DNA of 54,521 nt from Methanobacteriota archaeon (GTDB taxonomy: Archaea; Undinarchaeota; Undinarchaeia; Undinarchaeales; Undinarchaeaceae): the NCBI GenBank assembly GCA_002687935.1, contig NZBN01000002.1:102592-157112 (forward strand), in the 5' to 3' direction. A program made the translations under genes and the position numbers. Positions 9,581 through 18,180 of this stretch are shown here, piece after piece. The notes under the pieces are model-generated. The model was not told where the DNA came from. It saw only the letters and a program-made list of their open reading frames with translations, and ran no database searches. Positions within the stretch are counted from its first letter, which is position 1, and the number at the start of each line of letters is the position of its first letter.

Positions 9581-9807
9581 TAAGAGTCGCACTTGCTCAT
9601 TCCACACTCAGGATTTGTACAGGAAGAACAGCCCTGTTCAACTTTTAGAGTATTTTTTCCACAATTTGGACATTTTGCAAGGGAAGCTTCATCAGTAGAC
9701 TCTTCTCCATCAGCAGAATCTGTATCAGAAGTCACTTCTTCTATTTCAGAGAGACTTTCCACTTCCTGTAGAGAAATTGTAGCTTGTCCGAATTTAATCA
9801 CCATCAC
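9580..9807 (-). CDS. stand-alone NrdJ C-terminal Cys-rich/Zn-ribbon tail protein
   Basis: CPNCG..L..EQGCSSC..PECG.SKC matches NrdJ C-termini; GTGATG overlap with the upstream stop; GGGGGTG SD. Confidence 0.8.
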   Translation of the reverse strand: MMVIKFGQATISLQEVESLSEIEEVTSDTDSADGEESTDEASLAKCPNCGKNTLKVEQGCSSCTNPECGMSKCDS

Positions 9808-12314
9808 TTAACACCCCCTAAGTCAATCTTTCCAGATTTTACTGCATGATAAACTGTAGTCAGCCGACCATCTGCAAGAGATATTATACTGTCTCCTTTG
9901 AGAGTCTGCTTCTTGCCATCTTCAGAAGCTATTTTGAAGATCTTGTTCTTGAAATCCTGGAATTCTGAAGATTTGCTTCCAATACTGAGAATGGGGTAAC
10001 GACTCCCTTCCCTGTATATTGTTATACCTTTGAGACCCTTTCTCCATGCCTCAAGATACATGTTTGAAATCACCTCAGGCTCTATATCCTCAGGAAGATT
10101 ACAAGTGGATGAAATGCTGTGGTCTATGTATTTCTGGCAAATGGACTGAACCTCTATTCTCTTCTGCGGAACAATGTTATGAGCTGTTCTAAAGAAATGT
10201 TCAGGAAGTAGCCCCTTCAGAGAATCATCCGATTCCAGATTTTCAACTTTGTCAGAAAGTCCTTTAATATCCAAATAAGCCTGAACAGTTCCATGAAATA
10301 CTTTGAAAATTTTATTTCCGAAGGATTCTGAACGTCTTGTATAGTAGAGAGCAAAGATTGGCTCAACTCCGCCACTTACACCCATATAGTTTTTATCTCC
10401 GTCTTTAAAACCAAGAACTATATTTGAAATTGAACCAGTGGGGGCTATTGAAAGAAGTGCAATATTTCTAAGACCTTTTTCCTTAATGATTTGTTTTGTT
10501 TCTTCATCCAAGCTTTCCTGGAAAAAGGGATTTTTAGAATATTTCTCATAGTCATAAATAGCTGAGCTTCCTTTTTCCTCTGCGAGATGTGCAGAAGTTC
10601 TGTAAATTGTATTTGCGATGCGGCACATAACTTTCTCTATAATTTCAAGAGCTTCATCAGAATCATATCCAAGGCCAAGCTGATTCAAAAGGTCTGCAAT
10701 CCCCATAACACCGATACCGAGTCTGCGGGTTTCTCCGGCGGCAATTCTCTGACTCTCGAGAGCATTGAGGCTCTCATTCCATGTAACAACATTGTCAAGG
10801 AATCTTGTCAGATTTTTTGCAGAATGGTCGAGTCTCTCAAAATTAATTGAGGCATTATCAGTATATCCCTTGTCCACCATTCTTGAGAGATTTATAGAAC
10901 CTAAGTTGCAGGCACCTCCATCTTCAAGAGGAACTTCGCCACAAGGATTCGTTGAGCTTATGGGACGTTCGACATAGTTTGAAGGAGAATACTTAGTCAT
11001 AGAAGACCAGAAAATAAGTCCTGGTTCAGCAGTCTGATAATTTCCCTCAATGAAAAGATCCCAGACTTCTCTTGCCTTAACCAAATTTCTTACTTCCCCT
11101 GTATCATCTGATGCAAAATATAGTAAGAAATCACCAGAGTATTTGACAGCCAAGTCATAATCTTTGTTTGTTTCTAGCGAGTAATCACCATAAATATCTC
11201 TCTTTTTGATATCTTCAAGATCTGAAACATTTACCTTAAGGTCGTAATCACTGTGCAGTTTTTCATTGAGTGAGTCTATAGAGTCGAAATCCCCGAGTAG
11301 CTCGTATTCAGAAACATCTTTTGAAGGCACCCCATGGGAATAATTAAGAGCAAGAGTCTGAGGAGCTTTCATAACCGTTCCCTTCGGCTTTTTATAAAGA
11401 AGTAATTTATCAGAATCATGACTTGTTTGCTCGTCAACTGCCTGCATAAATTCATCTGAAACTTTTATACTTATATTTGCGAAACGGATTTGAGTATTGT
11501 CACGGACTTGTTTCTCAATTATTTCCAGCTGAGCATCAGTAAACTTGCCTGACCAGCTACACTGCTCAACAATTTGCTTAGTAACCCAGTTAGAAACCTT
11601 CTTTACTTTTAGGAAGTCCATAATGTCCGGATGCTTGACATCCAGAGTAAGCATAAGAGCACCTCTTCTTCCAGACTGACCAATTAGACCAGTAGTTAGT
11701 GAATAAATATCCATAAAAGAGACTGCCCCTGTAGATGTGTCAGCGGCGTTGTGGACCACAGCTCCCTTTGGACGAAGGGTGGATACATCAATCCCGATTC
11801 CCCCTCCATAAGATTCAGTTCTCGCGCACTGATATGCGGCATCATATATTGACTCTATACTGTCTTTTTTAATGAGAGCAACAAAGCAATTTGCAAGTGT
11901 TTTCAGGCGATAAAGATCTCCGGCTCCTGCGAGAACTCTCCCACCAGGAACATAATAACCATTATATAAATCATTGTAAAATTCAGACGCCCATTTTTCT
12001 CGCCCCTCATCAGAATCTTCAAGGGAAGCAATGAAGGCAGAAAGTCTTGCATAAACATCCTCTGGCCTCTTATCAACAAGATTTATGTCCAAATCCTTTA
12101 GATAATATTTTTTCTCGAATATGTTTTTTGCAAGTTCATTTCCGCAAAGATAGTCTGTAGAGTGGAGGGGAAGTGTCCCGTCTGCCTGTTTTTCCTTGAC
12201 ATATGAAAGAAGTTTTTTATAAGTCTGAACCGGTTCTTCACCAACTTTTTTAGCAAGATTGCTATCAAAATCAAACATATTAGCATAGCCATTAAGTGTT
12301 TCAGATTTTTGCAT
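9804..12314 (-). CDS. nrdJ: class II ribonucleotide reductase, copy B, no ATP-cone, with insertions
   Basis: PGGRVL, TLANC, GGGIG, GRRGALM, STNPCGE, ACNLGS, APTGSIS, KGITIYR. Confidence 0.93.
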   Translation of the reverse strand: MQKSETLNGYANMFDFDSNLAKKVGEEPVQTYKKLLSYVKEKQADGTLPLHSTDYLCGNELAKNIFEKKYYLKDLDINLVDKRPEDVYARLSAFIASLEDSDEGREKWASEFYNDLYNGYYVPGGRVLAGAGDLYRLKTLANCFVALIKKDSIESIYDAAYQCARTESYGGGIGIDVSTLRPKGAVVHNAADTSTGAVSFMDIYSLTTGLIGQSGRRGALMLTLDVKHPDIMDFLKVKKVSNWVTKQIVEQCSWSGKFTDAQLEIIEKQVRDNTQIRFANISIKVSDEFMQAVDEQTSHDSDKLLLYKKPKGTVMKAPQTLALNYSHGVPSKDVSEYELLGDFDSIDSLNEKLHSDYDLKVNVSDLEDIKKRDIYGDYSLETNKDYDLAVKYSGDFLLYFASDDTGEVRNLVKAREVWDLFIEGNYQTAEPGLIFWSSMTKYSPSNYVERPISSTNPCGEVPLEDGGACNLGSINLSRMVDKGYTDNASINFERLDHSAKNLTRFLDNVVTWNESLNALESQRIAAGETRRLGIGVMGIADLLNQLGLGYDSDEALEIIEKVMCRIANTIYRTSAHLAEEKGSSAIYDYEKYSKNPFFQESLDEETKQIIKEKGLRNIALLSIAPTGSISNIVLGFKDGDKNYMGVSGGVEPIFALYYTRRSESFGNKIFKVFHGTVQAYLDIKGLSDKVENLESDDSLKGLLPEHFFRTAHNIVPQKRIEVQSICQKYIDHSISSTCNLPEDIEPEVISNMYLEAWRKGLKGITIYREGSRYPILSIGSKSSEFQDFKNKIFKIASEDGKKQTLKGDSIISLADGRLTTVYHAVKSGKIDLGGVK

Positions 12315-14134
12315 TATTTTTTCCTCCCCTCAAATTTGATATATTTTGAACCTGATTTCTGCGCCTTATCCAAAAGATTCTGAAGACCACCAGATTCTGG
12401 AACTGGAAGTGACTGTAAAGCTCCCCCCTCGAGAAATGGAAGTAAGCTAGACTCAGATAAAAGCTTATTGGATGCATCGAGCTCCGAGGAAGCCCAAAAG
12501 GAAGGAGTGTAAGCACCAATTTTTGATGCGGCATTATAATTTATTGAATCCACTTTAAAAAATCTCTCCAGAATTTGTGTAGCCGGGCACCCTGCTATTT
12601 GAAAATCCAGACCGCTTTGCGCTCTGTATTCTTCGGCATTTTCCTTCATCCTTCCAAGAACTTTGCGACCGAAGTCTTGGGCAGTTTTTTCAGATAACTG
12701 AGAACCAGTTACAAGTTCTACAAATTCATTCATCCCAGTTATTCCAAGTGAAAGTGGTTGGATATCCGGAATCAAATAAGACTCGTCGTCAAGAATTTTT
12801 TGCTGAAGAAACGGTAGAAGATTTCCTTCCATACTTCGATGAACGACTTCTCTTTTTAGGAAAAGTATGTCCTTTGCCGCCGCCATTCTCTGATCCAGAA
12901 TAGTAAAAATCCTAGCCTCATCACTGCCAGAATCATATGCAATTTTAGGAAGATTGAGAGTGACAGTTTGAAGAACTCCTCCACGTGAAACTTCACTCTT
13001 AGGATAATTGAAAACATACGATGAGTTTTGATATGTAAGACCTTCCTGATTTCCAAGAACGAAATGAGGAGTCTGGAATTTTTCTGCAAGTTCAAGTGCC
13101 TTGGAAAGTAAGTCCTCAGAAGGAGAATCCCCAAGGAAGAGATTAAGTTGAGGATAGTCAAAGGGCTTTCCTGCATAATCTCCCTGAATATAAATATCCA
13201 GGACAGCCATAGCAATGGATTTTGACTCTTCAGAATAGTCAGAGTAAACACCTTTAGTGGAACCGCCTGAAGAAACTGCATCAGAAGAGGCAAGATTTTT
13301 AGGAATCTCAAAATGCAAATCAATTGTAGAAGTCATAGTCTGACCCCCACGAGTTACATACATGTGGCTCATTTCAAAAACGAACATCTGAACCAGTTGT
13401 TTTATTTTTGTATAATCGAGACCTTTGACATATGGCGCAAGAAGAACATTGAAGGCTATGAGACCCTGACTCCCTGAGCAATTTATCTGTGCAGCAGATA
13501 GAACTCTAGAAGCCTGGAGGAAGGCCACATCAGAAGCCTTTGCAGGACCAGCGACAGGAGCGAAGAGTCCAAGTCCGTCAACTTTGAGACCATTTCTTAG
13601 GAAGGGTCTGAGATCATGTGAAAGGCAGTAAGGTCTTGTTGCAAAATAATTCAGCCGATGAATATGTAAATTCCCACTCATGTGGTCATCAACGCGAGTT
13701 GGCGGAAGTATATTCACATAGGTATATTCTCTTGAAACAAGGTCCGCCATCATTTTATGAACTGTTTCAGGATTATGTGGAATTTTTTCAGTCTCAGATG
13801 GACCTGTAAAAATTAGCTCACGGACATCATAGACAGGCATTCCAAGACGAGTGTACCTCATTCTGGCGGATTCGTAACCGTGTTCAAGAAGCTTCACGTT
13901 GACTATCTCCCTTATCAGAGGAGCAGTTAGATACTTTAAGTGCATTCTAGAGACATCGTGCTCAACTTCCTGAGAGATTGACTTGGCGATTGACTCATCT
14001 ATACTTGTCTCCTCCACCAGAGACCTTACAATCTTCTCCTTACTAAAGGGAACGAGAATATTTTGAGATGTCCTGACACGTACGGATTCAGGTTTTTCTA
14101 TTGAAGAGGAAACTTGCGCAGTCATTTCTACCAC
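12314..14134 (-). CDS. NrdD (class III RNR)-derived protein, ATP-cone + barrel, catalytically degenerate (start possibly ATG 14125)
   Basis: LTAPLIREIVNVKLLEHG, YTRLGMPVYDV, NPET, HIH, RGGQ, GD..GKPF, VTLNLP; no finger-loop Cys, no C-terminal CxxC pairs, no RxxGY. Confidence 0.85.
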   Translation of the reverse strand: MVEMTAQVSSSIEKPESVRVRTSQNILVPFSKEKIVRSLVEETSIDESIAKSISQEVEHDVSRMHLKYLTAPLIREIVNVKLLEHGYESARMRYTRLGMPVYDVRELIFTGPSETEKIPHNPETVHKMMADLVSREYTYVNILPPTRVDDHMSGNLHIHRLNYFATRPYCLSHDLRPFLRNGLKVDGLGLFAPVAGPAKASDVAFLQASRVLSAAQINCSGSQGLIAFNVLLAPYVKGLDYTKIKQLVQMFVFEMSHMYVTRGGQTMTSTIDLHFEIPKNLASSDAVSSGGSTKGVYSDYSEESKSIAMAVLDIYIQGDYAGKPFDYPQLNLFLGDSPSEDLLSKALELAEKFQTPHFVLGNQEGLTYQNSSYVFNYPKSEVSRGGVLQTVTLNLPKIAYDSGSDEARIFTILDQRMAAAKDILFLKREVVHRSMEGNLLPFLQQKILDDESYLIPDIQPLSLGITGMNEFVELVTGSQLSEKTAQDFGRKVLGRMKENAEEYRAQSGLDFQIAGCPATQILERFFKVDSINYNAASKIGAYTPSFWASSELDASNKLLSESSLLPFLEGGALQSLPVPESGGLQNLLDKAQKSGSKYIKFEGRKK

Positions 14135-14220
14135 CTTAAAACTTTCTTATGTGTATTTTGTGATAATTCAAAAAGCTTTAAATACATTTTTAAACCATAC
14201 ACACATTAAACCGATTAAAG
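14135..14220. promoter_or_regulatory. divergent promoter region between the RNR operon and the TrmB gene
   Basis: AT-rich; TTTAAATA 14177-14184 and TTTTTAAA 14187-14194; TGTATTT/AAATACA inverted repeat. Confidence 0.5.
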
Positions 14221-15114
14221 GTGGGAAATATGCTAGACCCTGAATTCAGAACACTACTCAAAGAAGAATATGGTTTCAGAGAAAACCACTTAATTTTGCT
14301 AAGCCATTTTATGTCTAATAAAAAAAAGAAACTTTCAGCAGAAAGTCTTTGGACTGAAACTGAAGTTCCTAAAGGAAGGATTTACGAATTTTTAAACGAC
14401 CTTGTTGACTGGGGATTCCTTGAAGTTGAATACAAAAAACCAAAAACCTACTCAATACTAAACCTGAAGGAAGCTCTACAAAACGCCATAAGTAGGAAAG
14501 AACGAAAATTAACTGAGACAGAAAAAAAGACTCTTGAAATGGCAAACAAAATAGAAAAAAGCTGGCGTACAGAAGTCGGAGAAAAAACAGGGAGCATACA
14601 AATTATAAGCAGTCCTGAGGAATTTTACATAAAAGCCCGTGAAATGTTAATGGACAGTACAGAGGCGAAGGTTTCAGAAAGAACACCTCTCCTCTTCCTT
14701 TCTACAGAAAGGAACTCAACATGGAGGAGGAGAACTTATGAGAGCATGATAGATATGACAGAAGCAAAGCGCCTAGATTTGAAATATATATTCTCTCTTG
14801 AAAATATAATAAAAATTGCATCTGAAAATGAAAACGCAGATGAAGTAATAAACAGTTTAAAGGATTCTCTTGAAAACGGCAACCTAACATGCAGATATGT
14901 AGCAGGAACCGGAATTGAGAGCATGCTTATTGTAAAAGACAGAGCACTTCTTGGAATTGTTTCTCCTAAAAGCGGATCTGTGGAAAATGGATTATACACT
15001 GAATCGAAGGAAATGGTGGATTCACTCCACAAGATGTATGACCTTGTATTTGATGAAGCTGAAACCCTTGGAATTAAAACTCTGCAGATATTAGGAAAGG
15101 CCCTGGAAGAATAA
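14221..15114 (+). CDS. TrmB-family transcriptional regulator
   Basis: wHTH VPKGRIYEFLNDLVDWGFLE...PKTY, coiled-coil linker, C-terminal effector domain (MLIVKD). Confidence 0.88.
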   Translation: MGNMLDPEFRTLLKEEYGFRENHLILLSHFMSNKKKKLSAESLWTETEVPKGRIYEFLNDLVDWGFLEVEYKKPKTYSILNLKEALQNAISRKERKLTETEKKTLEMANKIEKSWRTEVGEKTGSIQIISSPEEFYIKAREMLMDSTEAKVSERTPLLFLSTERNSTWRRRTYESMIDMTEAKRLDLKYIFSLENIIKIASENENADEVINSLKDSLENGNLTCRYVAGTGIESMLIVKDRALLGIVSPKSGSVENGLYTESKEMVDSLHKMYDLVFDEAETLGIKTLQILGKALEE

Positions 15115-15126
15115 ATTTATCTGGAT

Positions 15127-17973
15127 TTAATTATTTTCAGGGAAGGATTCTGAAAGCTCAATCTTTCTAAGCTTGCCCAGTTTGTATGTTTTAATTAGAC
15201 CCCTTCTTTCAAGGGTGTCGACCCAGCGAGACAGACTTGTAGTTGGAATGCCAGTTGCGTGGTAGATTTTTGCCTGAGTTGTTTTACCATCATTTTGTAA
15301 AATAAATTCTAGAATCTCCTTTGCCCGTGGATTGAGCATGTTCATCACTGAACTTGCTTCCTTTGACACAGTAATTTCGGACATGTTTGGCTTTGAAGGT
15401 TTCACCGAATCCTGAGATATCTTTCTGGAGAATTTTAGAGGACGTGGAATCTTTAACTCAGGAAGACCAGTTCTCATAACATAGGTAGATATTAAGAGAA
15501 ACATAAGAATTCCGCCAATCGACATAGTTGCGACACCTTTGTGGGCTCCTGACCAGACAACAAGACCGGAAACCCAGGAATTTGAATTGTCCTGCTCAGC
15601 ATCAACAGGGATATTTATCTTGTGAGTTTCTGCATCAGAAGAGTAGGAAAGTGAAGTATTATCTGAAATTAAATTTTCAGAAGAATTGACTTGCTCTTCT
15701 ACAGATACAGGTGCTTGTGCAGGAGCTGAATTAAAGCTTCCGCCACCTCCACCGCCTCCGCCGCCTCCAGCAGAGGAGCTTTGAGCTGGCTCATCTTTTT
15801 GGTATCTAAGGATGAAGATGAGGCTCTCATTTGAATCCATGTTTCTTGTGAAAGTGACTACACCTGAAGAGTGGGTGACACCATTAAGAGAACTATTATT
15901 ACCTGACTCAGAAACATTAAGTGAATCGTTGTGAGCATCACTAAGAGTAAATGAGATAACAACAGAATAGGACAGCAAAGAATCGGAATTTACAACGCTG
16001 AGATTCCTTGCAACAGAGAGAGTATCGCTTGGAGCTGAAACTGAAGTGGTGTATTCACTACCGAGTTCGAGGGAAACTAGATTGGACTTCATACAGGACT
16101 CTATATTCGATATATTAGACCAGTTCCCGGAATCAAGTGTAGTCTGATTTTGTGAAAGTGTACAATTCCAACCTGTTCTTCCAGTAAGAGGAATGGCAAT
16201 ATTGGAAAAGTTTGTAGAGCCAGTATTAAGGATACTAATATCTCTTGAAATTGATGTAGAGCCACCGGCGACGACGGAAGCTGAAGCCTGCCAAGCAGAA
16301 TAGGACTCATCGAGAGCATCTCCGGACCAGTTTGCACTGATTGTATAAGAAGTACCTGAATTAAAGGAAGACAAATTTCCAGAACAGAGAGTGCAGTTTA
16401 AAGAATCAGAAAAAGACCAGGAAATATTCGAATAATTTACTGAGCCACTATTGTTCAGAAGATAAGACAGAGAGGCATGCTGGACTGAGATGCTAGAAGT
16501 CCTGTTTAATTCCTGACTTGAGTTTAGAATTGATTTTGAGAGATGATTTGTTAGAAGATATGTTGTATTTGGAAGAGAGCTATTTGAAGGAAGTAGAATA
16601 CTTGAGTTTACTGAACAGACCTTTCTATTATTCAGTGTTGAAACAGTTCCGCTTATTCCACTGATACTGCAGGAGCTTGTTCCGCCGTCGACATAGAACT
16701 TAGTTATATTAAGTGAAAGTGAGGGAGACGAAGTAAAGGAGATTGCTTCTTCTAAGTTTGCAGTACTTCCAAAGGAGTTTGACAAGGAAATAATGTAAAC
16801 TGAGGAAATTGCACCACTGTGATTGTAAGTCAGATTGACATCCAGACGGTTCAGCTCCAGTATGGCTTCTGCTTCAGAATAAAATCGGAGAGGAACTTGG
16901 CAAGACGAATTCAAATAAGTACAGCTTCCAATATAGGAATTAATTGCAGATGAAAAATCTCCTGTTGAATTATTATCAGCGGCGTAAAAACCTGAGACAG
17001 ACCAGACCTGGGTGCTTCCAGCACGCAGATTTGGATTTTTTGGGGTCTTTGGAATTAAAACTGTGCTGGCGCCACCTTTTGTAAACTGGAAATAGTCCAT
17101 ATCCGCAAGAGCTGAGCCTCCGGAAACACCGAATTTGAACTCAGAAAAGGTTTGCCCTCCGCAGTTTGAATTCATACAAGTCATATGACTTGTCTGGAGA
17201 ACCTGCTTCCCATCAACATATATTGTATTCACTTTGCCGTTTTCTAGATAGGTATAACGATAAGTGTGCCACTCAGTAGCATCAAGACTGTAATTGTCCG
17301 TATGTGTGTATACGTCCCCTGGAGCATTAGCAGAATCTTTGAATTTTACATGATCTGTGTATATTTCCATTGCATTTCCTTTGAAATTATTATAGGAACC
17401 GCCACCTGCAAATTCTGAACCTCTGTGGAAACTAAAAATCATTTGTCCTGAAGAACTGTTAGAAATGCGGGCTCTGAACTCAACCGTAAAATTATCAAAT
17501 TGATCTGGTCTGTACTGAGAATTCAGATTCCAATAGCCACTTGAACCATTCATATTCAATATACCGGAACTTATTGAAGAACGTGTATTTCCACTTTCAG
17601 ACCAATTATAGAAAGTCTCATTAGGAAGCTGGCTGGCAGAGTAAGTCCAGTCCCAGTTCTCCCCTGCAAGAGACTGATGACCAATTAACCAGAGCTGTGC
17701 CCCTGAAACTGAGGTTCCGTTTGGAATACTGATATTAGAATATGTATAAATTGACTGGGAAAATGTATGATTTACGGGAAGATAGGAAGAACTTAGTGAA
17801 TTTTCATAAAAGGAAAACACAGGATTCTCCGTGTCAAGTGTAAAGCTTGTTTGGACAAGAGCAAATGAAGATGTTGAGAAAATGCACAAAAACACGAAAG
17901 ACATAGAAAATAATAGTCCATATCTAGCGAGTGCAGAACTTTTGTATATGTTTTTGTCCAAAAAACTGGACAT
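15127..17973 (-). CDS. large Ser/Asn-rich surface protein with TM helix and C-terminal winged HTH
   Basis: SD GGGGGTGG before ATG 17973; signal peptide; LamG/ConA-like segment (FTVEFRAR...WHTYR...IYVDGK); poly-Gly; TM; TQAKIYHATGIPTTSLSRWVDTLERRGLI. Confidence 0.75.
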   Translation of the reverse strand: MSSFLDKNIYKSSALARYGLLFSMSFVFLCIFSTSSFALVQTSFTLDTENPVFSFYENSLSSSYLPVNHTFSQSIYTYSNISIPNGTSVSGAQLWLIGHQSLAGENWDWTYSASQLPNETFYNWSESGNTRSSISSGILNMNGSSGYWNLNSQYRPDQFDNFTVEFRARISNSSSGQMIFSFHRGSEFAGGGSYNNFKGNAMEIYTDHVKFKDSANAPGDVYTHTDNYSLDATEWHTYRYTYLENGKVNTIYVDGKQVLQTSHMTCMNSNCGGQTFSEFKFGVSGGSALADMDYFQFTKGGASTVLIPKTPKNPNLRAGSTQVWSVSGFYAADNNSTGDFSSAINSYIGSCTYLNSSCQVPLRFYSEAEAILELNRLDVNLTYNHSGAISSVYIISLSNSFGSTANLEEAISFTSSPSLSLNITKFYVDGGTSSCSISGISGTVSTLNNRKVCSVNSSILLPSNSSLPNTTYLLTNHLSKSILNSSQELNRTSSISVQHASLSYLLNNSGSVNYSNISWSFSDSLNCTLCSGNLSSFNSGTSYTISANWSGDALDESYSAWQASASVVAGGSTSISRDISILNTGSTNFSNIAIPLTGRTGWNCTLSQNQTTLDSGNWSNISNIESCMKSNLVSLELGSEYTTSVSAPSDTLSVARNLSVVNSDSLLSYSVVISFTLSDAHNDSLNVSESGNNSSLNGVTHSSGVVTFTRNMDSNESLIFILRYQKDEPAQSSSAGGGGGGGGGGSFNSAPAQAPVSVEEQVNSSENLISDNTSLSYSSDAETHKINIPVDAEQDNSNSWVSGLVVWSGAHKGVATMSIGGILMFLLISTYVMRTGLPELKIPRPLKFSRKISQDSVKPSKPNMSEITVSKEASSVMNMLNPRAKEILEFILQNDGKTTQAKIYHATGIPTTSLSRWVDTLERRGLIKTYKLGKLRKIELSESFPENN

Positions 17974-18180
17974 TTTACCACCCCCAAGTGCTCCGTGAAG
18001 GAGGCTGTATATAAATATTCGGATATTGTTGTATATTGTTCCAAATTGGCTCAAATTACTGAACATTTCTCCACCTCTGTACTAAAATGTGTGTTTGACC
18101 TATTTAAAAAAAATCCCGCGAAGCCAAGGGAAGAACGCTTTAACAATATATAAAAAGGACAATTATCATCAAAGCCAGTT

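Noticed and set aside
11100-11430. Intein in NrdJ-B
   Set aside because: No Cys/Ser start with His-Asn end before a nucleophile, and no LAGLIDADG motif
12314-14134. Functional anaerobic RNR (nrdD)
   Set aside because: No finger-loop Cys, Zn site, glycyl-radical motif or adjacent activase; the stop is tightly coupled to the next gene rather than followed by a frameshifted remainder
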